Source of the DNA: Eledone cirrhosa
Taxonomy: Eukaryota
DNA length: 64,000 nt
Direction: 5' to 3'
NCBI GenBank assembly: GCA_964016885.1
Contig: OZ024763.1
Coordinates: 5,518,001 to 5,582,000 of the forward strand
Positions within the stretch are counted from its first letter, which is position 1, and every line of letters starts with the position of its first letter. Under the pieces are notes generated by a model that was not told the DNA's origin, did not search any database, and was given only the letters and a program-made list of their open reading frames with translations. Of the stretch, positions 24,725 to 40,832 are shown piece by piece. Both the position numbers and the translations under genes were made by a program.

Positions 24725-25048
24725 GTCATTCCATTTCTTTTGTTCCTTTAGGGCCATATCTGTCTGTCTGTCTGTCCGACTATTTGTTTGTCTGCTTAGA
24801 TGTCCATCTGTTTGTCTATCAGTCTATCTGATTAGCTATCTGTCTGTCTGTCTGTGTGGTTGGCTGCCTGTCTGCCTGCCTCTTTACACCACTACAACCT
24901 TTCTCTGTGATCTTGTGGCTCTAAGTTCAGCACAGCATCTCTCCACTCGTCACGATCCTTCGTCATCTCCACCATGAGCTTCAATGATCTGAGGTCATTT
25001 CTCACCACCTCTGCCCATGTTGTTCGTGGTTTACCCCCCCCCCCCCAT

Positions 25049-26458
25049 TCCCTGTAACATTGTGATCCCAACTTTAATACAGCCCCCCCCCCCCTTCTCT
25101 GTAACATTGTGATCCCAACTTTAATACAGTCCCCCCTTCTCTGTAACCTTGTGACCCCAACTTTAATACAGCCCCCCCCTTCTCTGTAACCTTGTGATGC
25201 CAACTTTAATACAGTCCCCCCCCCTTCTCTGTAACCTTGTGACCCCAACTTTAATACAACCCCCTTCTCTGTAACATTGTGACCCCAACTTTAATACAGC
25301 CACCTTCTCTGTAACCTTGTGACCCCAACTTTAATACAGCCCCCTTCTTTGTAACCTTGTGACCCCAACTTTAATACAACCCCCTTCTCTGTAACATTGT
25401 GACCCCAACTTTAATACAACCCCCTTCTCTGTAACCTTGTGACCCCAACTTTAATACAGCCCCCTTCTCTGTAACCTTGTGACCCCAACTTTAATACAGC
25501 CCCCTTCTTTGTAACCTTGTGACCCCAACTTTAATACAACCCCCTTCTCTGTAACCTTGTGACCCCAACTTTAATACAGCCCCCTTCTCTGTAACCTTGT
25601 GACCCCAACTTTAATACAGCCCCCTTCTCTGTAACCTTGTGACCCCAACTTTAATACAGCCCCCTTCTCTGTAACCTTGTGACCCCAACTTTAATACAGC
25701 CCCCTTCTTTGTAACCTGTGACCCCAACTTTAATACAACCCCCTTCTCTGTAACCTTGTGACCCCAACTTTAATACAGCCCCCTTCTCTGTAACATTGTG
25801 ACCCCAACTTTAATACAGTACCCCCTTCTCCGTAACCTTGTGACCCCAACTTTAATACAGCCCCCTTCTCTGTAACCTTGTGACCCCAACTTTAATACAG
25901 CCCCCTTCTCTGTAACATTATGACCCCAACTTTAATACAGCCCCCTTCTTTGTAACCTTGTGACCCCAACTTTAATACAACCCCCTTCTCTGTAACCTTG
26001 TGACCCCAACTTTAATACAGCCCCCTTCTCTGTAACCTTGTGACCCCAACTTTAATACAGTCCCCCCTTCTCTGTAACCTTGTGACCCCAACTTTAATAC
26101 AGCCCCCTTCTCTGTAACCTTATGACCCCAACTTTAATACAGCCCCCTTCTTTGTAACCTTGTGACCCAACTTTAATACAGCCCCCTTCTCTGTAACCTT
26201 GTGACCCCAACTTTAATACAGCCCCCTTCTTTGTAACCTTGTGACCCCAACTTTAATACAACCCCCTTCTCTGTAACCTTGTGACCCCAACTTTAATACA
26301 GCCCCCTTCTCTGTAACCTTGTGACCCCAACTTTAATACAGTCCCCCCTCCTCTGTAACCTTGTGACACCAACTTTAATACAGCCCCCTTCTCTGTAACC
26401 TTGTGACCCCAACTTTAATACAGCCCCCTTCTCTGTAACCTTGTGACCCAACTTAATA
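25049..26458 (+). repeat. 40-bp minisatellite, ~35 copies
   Basis: Same unit, expanded. Confidence 0.95.
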
Positions 26459-26507
26459 TCAAACTTTCTCTCTTTGTTCTACCTCACCCAAAACACCATC
26501 AATGTAG

Positions 26508-26607
26508 GTTTGACAGCTCTCATGTTTGATCTCACTGAACTGGTGAATATGATGTCTATAGGAACCCTTCTAGCCTACACATTTGTGGCCAAGTGTGTCA
26601 CCTTGCG
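26508..26607 (+). CDS. SLC7/CAT exon B, copy 2
   Basis: As copy 1, ends CVTLR; splice sites intact. Confidence 0.84.
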
Positions 26608-27841
26608 GTGAGTATATCTATATATGTATATATGTATATATGTATGTATGTATGGTCTCATATATATATATATACATACATATACATATATCATCATCGT
26701 CCTCATCATTTTTGTGTCTGTTTTTCCACGCTTGCATGGGTTAGATGGGTACTTTTAAGCACAGCATCTCTCTACTCGTCACATTCGTACATCATTTATT
26801 CTCCGAGAGAGTAAACTAACAAGAAAATGGAACTTTAGCATCATCTGAATCATCAGCTTCCTACAATACTTTACATTTTTATCTATCTACTTATTTTGTC
26901 TCTTTTTCTCTCCTTCACTCTATCTATTTTTGTATTTTCCACTGTCGCCTCCCTTTCTTTTTGCCACTGTTACTACTGTTACTTCCGCTTTCTTATCACC
27001 TACTGCAATCACAGCAAGCAATCACAGACATTTAGTAATATAGAGATAGATTGGCTCTTAACGTCCTGTCCCACATGAAACCACATTAGCAAAATATTGC
27101 TTAAACATATAAAATAACATTATTACTGTATCACATTAATAAATATTGAAGTTTTTACTTTTATACAACAAATTTTCGCAATGATCTGTACCCTAGTAAA
27201 GATGCTATAAACATTTGAATTAACAAACCACATAAACCCCATTAGCAAGACATTCTTGAAAAGTAGAAAACAGTATTATGATAGCATGACATTAAATATT
27301 AAAGTCTTTATTCTATCACTGCAAATATTCACAATGATCTATCCACTAGTAAAGATAGTGTAAACCAGAGGTTGTCAAACTGTTTGGGCCACTACCCCGC
27401 CCCCTCACGGTCATGTAATACACTCAGCACGTCCCCAACCCTATTTACAGAGAGACTTACCTACACACAAATTGTAAATAATATATAATAAATGAAATCG
27501 TTAATTTATATATAATAATATAATATAATATATACTATGTATAAATAGATATTATATATTTTATATTTTACTATATTTATATATAATATGTATCATTTGA
27601 TATTTAATATACTATTATATCATATCTACCGCCACTGTAGGCCCCAGCGTCCACTCAGACCTTCTCAATGTCCCCACTTAGTGCCCATTTTGAGAACCTC
27701 TGCTGTAAACATTCGAATTAACAAACCTCTTTATAGATATTTTCTGACTAAATCATTAGAGGAGGTGAAGATCTTGTTTTCTCTTGTTCATTATATTTTC
27801 TTGTTTCTTTGTGTCTCTTGTTTTGTTTTCTGGAGTTTTAG

Positions 27842-27910
27842 ATATAAAGTCAAGGCTTTCAAAGGTGAGGAAACTGACATAAAACCAGAAGGTGATAATG
27901 GGGATTTCAA
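27842..27910 (+). CDS. SLC7/CAT exon C, copy 2
   Basis: As copy 1, with ETDIK; AG/GTAAGT intact. Confidence 0.7.
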
Positions 27911-29616
27911 GTAAGTTGACAGATTTCTCAGATTTGTGGAATTGTTGTGGGATTTGGCAAGGTTTTTGTAGGATTTTTGTGGAATTTTTGTGGGATTTTT
28001 GTAAATCTTTCTGGATCTGCCTTGATTTTGTAGATTTTGTGGATCACAAAAATATTGTACAACTGTATAATAACAATAGACATACACATATTCTAATAAA
28101 TGCAATACTTGTACTTAATTCAGTCTCCTTGCTTCCATCACTCATGAACACAGCCCCGAGGTACTTGAACTTCTCTTTCTGCTTCAGTGAAACTCCATTC
28201 ACATGTAGAACATTATGATTTTTTTTTTTTTTTGGTGGGGGGAGAATGATTGAAATGCCAGACGGGTCCTAAAATATATAAAAGCCTTGGTGACCCCAGT
28301 ATGGGTTAGTATGCCCTTCACTACTCTAATGTCCATGACGGTCTGATAGGGAAGGAGTAAATGCTATATACCCCAGCCTCATTCCCATGAAAAGCTGATT
28401 AAGGAAGCACCAATCCTCTCTGCCCCCCCCCCCCCCACACACACACACACACTTTTTCCTTGACAGCTGATGAGTCTTTAATAAAAATTGAAACTAATCA
28501 GATTGATCTTTTATTATTATTATTATCATTATCCAGAGCCATAATAAATCAAATGAAAAATATATATGTATATATAGAGAGAAAGAGCCATATACCTTAG
28601 AGGAAACATAGTATATTGTATATGTACTAAATATATATTTCAGATAGGAATATGTACTTACGGTGGAGTCATTAGAGAGACCTTATAGCACTATTTCATA
28701 TTCTGTAGAGTGTGGTTGAAAATCAATCTATGTAATCGATCATCGAAGACAAACTATCAATTATAATTAAACCACAGGAGACTCAGAATTATCATCAGAG
28801 GTTATAGTCTCAGAATTCTAAGAGAAATATAGAATCAAAATACAATATACTTGCCAATATCCATAGAGACTGCTAACGTAACCACCATGTTGAAGACCAC
28901 ATGGTGTCATCATCATCATTTTACATCTGCTTTTCCCTGCATTCTTTCCACTAGAGATAGGTGTGGAAATTATAGTCACCCCATCTCAACAAGAGATTTG
29001 GAGCTGTTATATACAAATGTAATGATTCAAAACATCAAATATGTTAGAATTTTGTGTTTCTTGATAAACAAGCTCAATATATATAAATCATCATCATCAT
29101 CACCATTTTACGTCCGTTCTTCCACGCTAGCATGGGATAGATGGGTTGTCCTATTGTGGGCAGTGTCCGGTCGGCTGACCATGCCTTGCTCATACGGGAA
29201 CTGATTCTGGCTTGATTACTACAGCTGGATGCCCTTCAAACACCAACCTCATTTACAGTGAGTGTTGGTTGCTTTTTTTCCGTGGTGCCTATACGTCATA
29301 TATATATATATAGTGGCAGACTGGGTCTAAAAATATTGGTTCGCAGGAGATAAAGGGGACCCACCCACATATAGAATGCTATCATTTAATTTTAATAATG
29401 AATAAATAACATTTTCAAAAAATACATCAGTGAAAACAAAACATTGCAATCAAATTTTTGCAGGAAAGAAATGTGTATTTTTTACTAATTATAGTGTATA
29501 TATACTGTACATATTACTGGTAGTATACAGCAAACCACTCGTGTTGGATGCCACTTGCACCGACACCTTCTGCAGCCGCAACCTGGTGCAGTCTGCGACT
29601 GACCCAGGTTCTGCTG

Positions 29617-31482
29617 CATCATGGTTGTGTTGGTTCTGAGCCTCATTAGGTAATGCATTATTCGTTACTTCTATAGATGTACAATCATGCCCTATGTAAC
29701 ATATTTAAAGAGGTATTTGACACTTTTTACAGAAGGGCAAACTTCAACATTAATATGTGCACAATATTTCTTAAGCAAAAAGGCATAAAATGGAACAACA
29801 TTCCTGTTATCTACTGTATGTCATCCAATTTACACTGCAGTTCCTGTCTTGCACCTCCTGTACTCTGGGTATCCATTTAGGTTCAATAATGTTTTCCTTC
29901 TGTAGGTTTTTGGATAGTTCTTTTGGAAAAATCCATTTTGTATAAATGGGGAAAAAGGGTTTCCAGAACCACATGGCCCGTGGATCATAAACTTTTAAAC
30001 CTGCTCATGTAGTACTGGATCATCTTCCAATGCAGGTATTTCTGCTGACACGATTCTGTCAATGTCTTCTCTCTTTCTTATCTTGTCTTCATTTCTTAAG
30101 GCTCAGTGTTATCATCTGTTTAGATAATTCATTAAACCATTATACTCATCCACTCACAATTGGGCTTGATTGTTCCTCAAATATTGAAGCCTGCATCCCT
30201 CTACTTTCATATAGGCATCCACTAAATACTGCTAAAATAATTTGCCTGCCCTATATATCGCACTAAATCCTCCTCTATATGCTATACAGTATATGTAATA
30301 CTCCTGCATTGTCAGTCTATTGCAAAGACAGGTCCTGCATTCCTCTCCATGTCACTATGTCACCAAAATTCACCATTATGGGTCGGTCATGAGGTCCAAG
30401 TGGCATGAATTATGTGGTATTTTCTGAGGAGGATGGTCTTTAGGAAAGATGATAATATCTCTTTGTATAGGTGGTGTGCCCTCAATCCCCCACAAAACAA
30501 CAGCTATCATTACTAGTTGGTAAATTATAGCAGCTCATATCTGATCCTCTTCTAAATCTTAATTCACAGTTCTGTACACAACAATTTTCTCTTCTGGCTC
30601 TTTGCTGTTTGATGCCATGCATTGTATTATACACTTCGACATATGGATTACATTCATGCAACACCTCTCTTATCATAGTCATTTTTTGTGGTGAGCAGTC
30701 ATTATTTGTTGGTACTAGGGCGGTGGATTGGCAGTATCGGTAGAGCGTCAGACACCATGCTTTGCAGCATACGGTTATGGCCCTTTACGTTCTGGGTTCA
30801 AATCCCTCCAAGGTTGACTTAGTTTTCATCCTTATGAGGTCGATAGAATAAAGTACCAGTAATACACTGGAGTAATTGCTGGCCTTGTGCCAGAAACAAT
30901 TATTTGGTGCTACTTCCAATCTGTGCTACACAGCTTCATTCCCATCAATAATATATAACTGGCCATATTGTAGTGTATTTTCTGCAGGTTACAGAGGTGG
31001 GGTGTAGTGATATGTTTGACCCTGAATATGAAAGCTATACGGGCCTCTGCCGGGTGGTAAGGCAAGTTTAACACCAAATGAAGTGAAAGAAATGTAGTTT
31101 TAATTGCAGATGTTTCTGTGAAATCAACTGCTTCCTGGTCCCTTTCAAAGAGATTTCTCAATCTCTCAGGGTATATTTGCAATGGAGGCAACACAACCTT
31201 TCCTTTATTACAACAGTTACAATTTTCATTTCTAAATCTCAAAGCTCCACAGTGATCACACGAAACATTCATATCACTAATATGAAATTCTTCTACATTT
31301 CCATTAATATTAATTGCTGGGCAATTTCTCCTACGACGCTCATTATCCATTCTTCTCTGTCTGAATGTTTTCCATTCTAAGTCTATTTGCATGGATTAAT
31401 TATATTCTGTTGTTTATTATGTAATTAAATAGCTCTGTACAATACATAGAGCACTCTTCTTTTCTTTACCTTTTCTATGGAA
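29617..31482 (-). mobile_element. Helitron Rep fragment, unit 2 copy
   Basis: As 13615-15480. Confidence 0.93.
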
Positions 31483-33957
31483 ATACAAGCACAAACATAT
31501 ATATATATATATATATGTATATACATAAACAAGACTGTTATTGCTCCAACCAGTCTATTTACCTTTGATAACTATCCTAAATATAAATACACCTATACCA
31601 TACATACATATACCATATATGTTTTTGATGCCGTGGTATAGCAGAGATAAGCAAGAAGAGAAAAGAAAATGAAAAGGAAAAAGAAGTAAGAAGTCGGGGG
31701 AGGGACAGACACTTCACCCCAGTCTAAGTGGTCCCTCAGCCGCAACCCGTGGAAGAAACGTAAAAGCGTTACCTCGGAGCAAGGCCAGAGACACCTGCTA
31801 CAATAGTCGCCCCTCCTCACGAGGCTCCTGCCGTCTTTCCTCCCGACTTTATGGAGGAAATCAGCAGTACGGGGACCAAGTATGGCAGAGGTCTCAGTTG
31901 AGTGGAAGAGGTGAGTCAGGCCTCAGTACTATCTTACTCGCCTCTGCATTGCGGGGTGTGGAGCCTAGGTTTGTGGCTGTAACGATATTTGAACTTTTAT
32001 ATGAAATTTCAGTTTTATATTTTTCACATCTTAAAACTTAATCTTAGTCTTTTGCAGCTCATCTTGTTTCATCTCGCAGCACACGATGTGGGAACCAAGA
32101 CATAAAAACTATTTCAAGGGATCGACATCTGTAAAAAGGTTGAAAAACGCTGCTCAATGTTCTTTTGTTTTTGTTCACCTTTAAATAATCATGTATAAAC
32201 TATCGGGTGTTATCTTGCAGGGACTAGCTCCAATTGAGAGTTGTACCAATTCCCACTAAACTCAAAACTCCTGGACAATATATATATATCTTTATAAGTT
32301 CCTGTGTATTGTGTCGCTGTATAATGAAAGATAAACATATACCATGCATATCAGTCAGGTTTGAACTCACTATATTTGGTGTTTTATAGATATAATTTGT
32401 TTGTTAAAATAATTGATTAAATAATAACTAAATAATATTAATTCTACAATCCTGGGTAGGGAATGAACTTATAACTTCATAATAGAAGCCACATATTTGA
32501 GCAGTCTTGCCAACTAAGCCACCAGGTTACTTACAGAACTTCATTCAAATATAAAGTATTTTAATTTAAATTTAAATTAAAATAAATAGATACTTATTTA
32601 TATGATTGTCAATATAAATGCCACAGAACATACATGCACACATATGAAAGCAAGCTTGTTTTGAAACCGCGATCGAAGTTTGAAACAAATTATGACTATA
32701 TATCGCCAGACATAGTGAGTTCGAATCTTACTGACTAGTTGGTCATTGTCCCAGCCAACAGTTTAAATCGCCAACCGGTAGGTGATATCGACTAGGTTGA
32801 GAAAACTTGGTTCAGTAGCTCCAGTTATTGCTACGTTAGACATATTCAAGACTTATCGACCCCGAATGGTAGAAAGGTAAAGAACTGGAAAAAATACTGC
32901 AAAGAATTCTATCTGATGTTCTAACAATTCTACCAAATTACCTTATATATATATATTTATATCTAGAGATAAGAAAATAACAGGAAAAAAAAAAAAAGCA
33001 TGAAACCCTATATGTAACCCATGACCAGAATTGAACCCCAAACAAGGACCTCCACCATCTCTGGTATCTCACACCAGACCATCAGGAATGCTACAAAAAT
33101 CTGCTGAATTTAATATTTATAAGCCTACTTTCAATATTAAAGTAATTAACATGTGGTGTTGTTCATGCCTTTCTTAATGTTATTGGTAAAAAATAAAGTA
33201 CTCAAATATCTTTACTTATGTAATTATAAATGTCGCAGAATACACACACACATATATATATGTGAAAATATTCAGGACCCCAACGGCTGTGCTAGTGCCG
33301 TTTCGACATTTATATATATATCTTTTAGTCCTAGGCTCTTTCAGTGCAGAAAGAATTCTCCAATGATCACAACCAGCTGATGGTGCCCAGTTGAAGCACT
33401 TTAGTCTAATTATAACCCCAACGATTACGATTAGCGGCGGCTTTTCCGAGTCTGTGCCATGTGAGGTTGACTGCCATGTATATATATATATATATATATA
33501 ATACATACATGCTAGAATCCCGGAGAACAATAGAAAAATGCTGAGTTCAGAGTTTAAAAAACAACAGAAAGAAGGGCATAAATAAATATATATCAGTGGT
33601 TTAAAACCTTCTCTGCACCATGCCCCACCTCAACATTTAAAATATGTTTATGTCCCCCTTTAATATAAAAACAATCCGAGTCTTGTGAAAGTGTTATTAC
33701 TGCAATATAAAGTAGAAACCCTTTATTTAAACAAAGCTGCGATGCAGCGATGATCAAAGCAAACCCCAAAATGTAAACAAACTTCTCGTAGATGCTGCCA
33801 GATACACGATAGCATGTCTAGACGAAGTGTAACAGGAGGTTGGGTCGTATTATATCACTTTCAAATTGACCCCTATTATATTCAAATTGTTCCCCGTGAG
33901 GTGTGCACCCCACGTTGAGAATCCCTCTTAAATAAATATATGTGAGTGAGTTGCTAT

Positions 33958-34924
33958 GACTGCTATTTCTAGCAGGTTTACTGCTGTCCTGTAGACGCAC
34001 AAGAAAAACCGGAAGAGGCAGCCATTAAAAAACTTTGGCTTAAAATCAGGCAAAAGTTTTTAAACAATAGAAAATTTAATGTAAACAAACCAGGGTGTTT
34101 TTGCCAAGAAAGATAACTCTTGTCTTACTTAATGGCAAAAATCGAGACAAAAATGTTGTGTGTGTGTCTGTGTGTTATGTATACAAGATATAGACGCCAT
34201 TTTGAAGCCCGTACGTGGTCGGTCGACTTACTCGAAATAGTAGTCAAAGAGAGGAGATTTTTTTTCACCCGATACAAAAAGTAGGTTTATAAATATTAAT
34301 TTTCACTACATTTTTAAGGTGGTCTCGTTGGCCGAGTGGTACGGTGCGTTGAGTCTGCTGAGATACTGGTCGTGGTCTCGATCCCGGCCAACGTCTACAC
34401 ATAGGGGGTCTTATTAAACTTTTTCAGTTTTTATTTTATCTCTTAGTATAAAAACTGAAAAAGTTTAATAAGACCCCCTATGTGTAGACGTTGGCCGGGA
34501 TCGAGACCCCGACCAGTATCTCAGCAGACTCAACGCACCGTACCACTCGGCCAACGAGACCACCTTAAAAATATAGTGAAAATTAATATTTATAAACCTA
34601 CTTTTTGTATCGGGTGAAAAAAAATCTCCTCTCTTTGACTACTATTTCGAGTAAGTCGACCGACCACGTACGGGCTTCAAAATGGCGTCTATATCTTGTA
34701 TACATAACACACAGACACACACACAACATTTTTGTCTCGATTTTTGCCATTAAGTAAGACAAGAGTTATCTTTCTTGGCAAAAACACCCTGGTTTGTTTA
34801 CATTAAATTTTCTATTGTTTAAAAACTTTTGCCTGATTTTAAGCCAAAGTTTTTTAATGGCTGCCTCTTCCGGTTTTTCTTGTGCGTCTACAGGACAGCA
34901 GTAAACCTGCTAGAAATAGCAGTC
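33958..34924. repeat. Long palindrome, unit 3 copy
   Basis: Same structure; left arm homogenised to the right arm around 34012-34025. Confidence 0.95.
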
Positions 34925-37900
34925 TTTGGCTACTATTTCGAGCAAGTCGACCGACAACGTAGGGGGGTTCCCATATCTTATATACATAACACACAGACAC
35001 ACACACATTTATGTGTTTTATTTAAAGTTTTTCAAAACTCCTCATCGGTTTATAGTTGATTCGAACTTACAATTGGCCATCTACAGTCTTCTTGTTGACG
35101 TCTATATCTAGTATAGTTATATATAACACACAGACACACACACATTTATGTGTTTTATTTAAAGCTTTTCAAAACTCCTCATCGGTTTATAGTTGATTCG
35201 AACTTTCAATTGGCCATGTACAGTCTTCCTGTTGACGTCTATATCTAGTATATAAATACATAACACACACACATTTATGTGTTTTATTTGGTCGTCCTTG
35301 TGAGCAAGTCGACCGGTTACATATGGGTTCCATGTTACCTACACAAGTTCATATCTCATTGAACTAACGTTGATTTCAACTTCGAATATTTGAACATACA
35401 ATATGTAGTTACAGATGCTTCATAAATACAACTCCTGTCATTGCGCCATTCCTATACAAAGGGTGTGTTTGTGTGAGAAAGGGAGATCCGTGTTTATATC
35501 TAGTATAGTTATGCATTACACAGACACACACACAAGTATGCCTTTGATTATATTAAGACATTTTCAGACTTTTTTTGTTAACAGTTTAATGTTTATTGGA
35601 AACCACAACGTGATTGACAGTACTTCGAATATATTTGATCATACAGTATGTAGTTACTTCATAACTACAATACCTATATACATAGGAATGCGTGAAAACG
35701 TGTGTATGTGAGATAGTTTAAAAAGGGAAATTAGTGTTTATATCTAGTATAGTTACACATAACGCACAGACACACACACGAATGTGCTTTTTAATATATT
35801 AAGACACATTTTCAAACTTTCTTCTTAACAGTTTAGTGTTTATTCGATACCACAACGGGATTGGCAGTACTGCACTAATGTATCGTAAATTAAATTTGCC
35901 ATGCGTCATTCATATATATATAACAAAGGAGTTATGGTAAGGAACTAGATGGACCATAACGCCCCAGAGTACTCAATACTTAGGGTAATAGGAGATGTGT
36001 GTTTGTAGTAGGCTAAATATAAAGTCGGACATTTATTCACCATGCCTTCCTATTTCATATTGACAACGTATAATATTAATCGGGATAATATAGATTTTCT
36101 ACACGAACATAATGTCATCTCTATAACTACGAATTGTGAATAAACTTGTAAATGTTAATCCATTATTCCAAAAGAAAGTGTAAATCTAAAGAGGAAGTGA
36201 CTATTTGGCTGCTTACAAGAAATATTGATTTCTACAATAGGCACAAAGCCAGCAATTTTTTGGGGAAGGGAAGTCGATTAAATCGATCCCAGTGCGTTAC
36301 TTCAACTTTATTTTATGGACAGCTTAAAGATGAAAAGCAAAGCTAACCTCGGCGGGATTTGAACTCAGAATTTAAAGAGACGTAACTCCACGCCGCGAAG
36401 ACACTAAGGGACGTAACTCTAAGACACTAAATACATCAGAAACTTTCAACAAAATCATAATGTAAACGTAAACCATTGAAAATATATATCTGCAGCATAT
36501 GTATGATTAAAATAGATATGAGCAAATAAATTGTGAATCATTAAACTCTACTTTTGTGGCTTTATTTATATCGTGAAATGTTGTCAGACATTAAATTGTG
36601 GCTATGATTGTCATTACATTAGAGTGTTTGATTCAAATCTTTTTGTGTGTGAGTGTTGTAGATTTGATGCTATGGAGGTCTGTTCAGCAATAATGAAACT
36701 TTAATCGTTTTTTTTTTTTTAAGAACATTAACTTATTTAAAAAAATTCTTTTTAGTTTATTCGTACCTCCTGAATATGGTTACTTTCGATACTGACTCCC
36801 TGCCTTGATTATTGGTTCTGGCATTGCTGTTGTGGGCTGCTTAAATTTAATCCATAAGATCACAAGAATCTAAAAATGAAATGTTGCATACAGACAGACG
36901 TTACGTTTATCCTAGGTATTTTGACAAATGTCTCGATGTCCATTGTTTTGAAAAATAGTACAATAAAGAAATGCCATCATCTAGTAATCCTTGATAATAA
37001 TCCAGTGTTGTTGCAGCCATGGTAAATGGTAAGAAAAAACAAAAATAAAAGACACATTCAGCAGTTAATGCAGTGAAAACAAACAATAAAAATATAATTA
37101 CTAAATAAAAATAATTCCTTACTTTCATTCATTTGTTTTTGTTATCGTTTTTAAATATAATTAAAATTTGTTTAATAAGTTATTTTTCATTACAATTATA
37201 TACATATTATAATTATATGTCTATTATATTATATAGGAATCAGGTTTATCAATTTACGAGAACGTCGCATCAAGTTCAAATCTTTCTCCCACACAATACT
37301 TAGGTATGGCAGATTTGAAGTTAGTAGAGATTATTGCAGGTAGTCAATGTAGGTTCAAATAAACCCTAGAGCTATGAATAACAAAAGCAAGTTATAATTT
37401 ATCAAAGTTCCAGTGGGATGAAAGACAAGGTCGACCCCTTTGTTGCGAGACGAACAGAGACGGGAAAGCCATGAAGGCCACCACGTCAATTTCGCTTCGA
37501 AACAGAAAGTAGGTTTATATATAATAATATGTAGTCGGTTTTCAAAAGCGCCTTGGTGGCGTAGTGGAAAGTATAAGAGATGGTGGGAAACTTGGCCGGG
37601 GGTTTAAGCTTGGTCCACAACTACATTTAGAGGATGTTACTAATTAATATTTTTTTTATCTTATGAGACAAAAAATTAAAATGTTCAGTGTAGATCTTAC
37701 CCGAGATTGAACTCCAGACCAGGATCTCCACCGTCTCTGACACCACTTGGCTACCGAGACAACTTCAAATACATACTGACAATTAATATTTATAAACCTA
37801 CTTTCTATTTCAAAGCAAAAATTACGTGGTGATGTTCATGGCATTCTCCGTCTAATTCATACTACAAAAGGGGTCAACATTGGGTTTTAATTATCTGGGG

Positions 37901-38074
37901 CTTTGATAAAACATAGCTCGATTCAATTTGTCATCTTTTAAGGGTTGATTTCCTTGATTTCACAACAATCTGATCTGCCGTGCCCCTAAATATATACGTG
38001 TGTGTTGTAGAATTGATGCTACAGTGATGTGCTCAGCAAATATTTCTCCACAATTCTGTCATCCCACAATCATT

Positions 38075-38175
<101 letters not shown>

Positions 38176-40692
38176 ACACATACGTGAGTAAGTGTGTGTC
38201 TGTATGATTTAAACGTACAACAACGCTATATACATCATATCTCTGTTAACAATTAAATAATTAAATAAAAGTAATTCTACAATCCCAGCTAAAGATGGAA
38301 ACACACACTACACATTATAGCAATAACCACGACATAACAGTTTCTTGTTAAATATAGCCTATTGCAATTGTTGGTAGCGCTTGAAACCCTGTCACTATGT
38401 CTCACTGCTGAATCATGAAGGACAGGTCCTAGGAAAATGTTGGGGAGGGGAAAAAAAGAGTAATATATCCAGGTTTGGTTCATCTCTCCGATTTACACGG
38501 TATATAAATGATGTTTACCACTGTCGAGTACTTACCAGTCTTACTAAACACCGTCAGTTAGCTTTGTGCAGCGGTTAAAGAAAGTTGTGTTATTTTTTTG
38601 CCCTTCACATACAGTTTTTGTTCAACAGATAACAATACACACGAGAAAGAATCAAACAGAATGTAAGTCTTTGAAAATAAAAATGTTATTACATTAGAAC
38701 AAAATCCTAAATTATTATAGAACGTGGAATGAACGAAGCAACAAAATGAATTAATTTGAGACAAGCTGGTGATTATAAGGACAAATGACTTCATCTTCAA
38801 CAGTATACAATTGAAATTAGAAATTGATTGAAATGGAACCTTTACAGAGACATCTAGCAGTAATATTTGGAATATAAGACAAACCAAATTTTGAAGAAAA
38901 ATGTCTGATGTGTCAATATATCAAATTTAACCTGTTTACAACAAAAGTGTCAACACCAGTAAATAAAGCGGTGTCTTAATCAAACGTAGACACACGGACG
39001 AATTACGAATAATATAAACTTATTGATATATTTTGGGGCAATATGAGGACAGCATGACCTTCCCCGAATATAACAATATCTCTTTCAACACACGATTTCA
39101 TATTTTAAAAAAAACCTTCAAAACAAATAACGCCGTTAATCTATATTTAGTTTTATAAAAAGTAAACAATATTTGAAGAAAAACAAACAGTATTAAATGA
39201 TTTGAAACAAACAGACGAAAGCAAAGACAATCACAGCCATATTTTAATGTGTGACGATAGCAGTAAACAAGGCAATGTCTTAATTAAACGTAGACACACA
39301 CAAGTTACGAATATTCTAAACTTAATGTTATATTTTGGGAGGGTCATGTTGTCCTAATATTGCGAAAAAATAGGACCTGCGAAGATTGGAAAGAAATGAA
39401 GCCTCCATACTTCGATGGATGTGTAATAGCAATATACGCAAATGACAAAGCATTAATGAAATACGCGATAAATTAGACATAAGAGGGATCAGATGTTGTG
39501 TGCAGGAGAGGAGATTGTGTTGGTAAGGATATGTGATGCGTATAAAGGATGCCAACTGTATAAAAAGATGCAGAGTACTCAAAGTTAGTGGTAGCCATGG
39601 AGTAGGCAGGCCTAGGAAAACTTGGGATGAGGTAATAAGAGCTGACCTTTCACAATTACACCTCACAGGACCGTCACCTCTGGTGTTGTGAAGTATTACA
39701 GAAGACCCGCCCTCTATACTTAGCTGGCAACACCATTCCCTACCATCTCTCCTCTCATAAACCTCTTTTGTAACTACGTCCCCAATTTCCCAAAGCATAT
39801 TCTCTACCCCTCCCAAGTTTCCCAACTCCTCTATAAAGTGATCCCCCACCCCTGGAGTCACACCAAAAGAGCCCAGCCCACACTGTAGTGGTCATATAGG
39901 TGTCATGACAAAAGTGAGCGTCCAGTCTACACTGTAAAGTGGTCATGTAGGTGAGCAGCAAAACATACCCAGTACACACTGTAAAGTGGTCGTGTAGGCG
40001 AGCAGTAAAAAACACCCAGTACATACTGTAAAGTGGTCATGTAGGTGAGCAGCAAAACATACCCAGTACACACTGTAAAGTGGTCGTGTAGTTGAGCAGT
40101 AAAACATACCCAGTACACACTGTAAAGTGGTCGTGTAGACGAGCATCAAAACATACCCAGTACACACTGTAAAGTGGTCGTGTAGACGAGCATCAAAACA
40201 TACCCAGTACACACTGTAAAGTGGTCGTGTAGACGACCATCAAAACATACCCAGTACACACTGTAAAGTGGTCGTGTAGGCGAGCAGCAAAACATACCCA
40301 GTACATACTGTAAAGTGGTCGTGTAGGCGAGCAGCAAAACATACCCAGTACATACTGTAAAGTGGTCGTGTAGGCGAGCAGCAAAACACACCCAGTACAC
40401 ACTGTAAAGTGGTCATGTAGGTGAGCAGTAAAAAACACCCAGTACATACTGTAAAGTGGAACACGGAACTTTTCTATGGATGTCACTGGATTACTCGCCA
40501 TCAGATTACATTGAGTTCTATCTACGGTACGGACCCTACCACCAGGGGTAGACCACATAAAAAAATAAATATATCTATATATATATCTATATATATATAT
40601 ACTATATATCGATTCGTTTAATACATTATACAAGGGATATATAGTATGTCAACCGTTGTATTACTCTATATATCCACCCCACTATATTTCAG

Positions 40693-40832
40693 CATGGTTG
40701 GTTCAATATTTCCCCTACCCAGGGTGGTATATGCCATGGCAGAGGACCGAATCATTTTTGGTCAACTCTCAAGTGTGTCCGAAAGATTCAAGACCCCTGT
40801 TTTAGCAACACTGGTAGCTGGATTGTTTTCAG
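40693..40832 (+). CDS. SLC7/CAT exon A, copy 3
   Basis: Same variant as copy 2 (QLSS). Confidence 0.82.

Larger units (their letters stand above)
15524..31527 (+). repeat. Tandem segmental duplication unit 2 (~16.0 kb)
   Basis: Colinear with unit 1; longer 40-bp VNTR; lacks the 6797-7003 insertion. Confidence 0.97.
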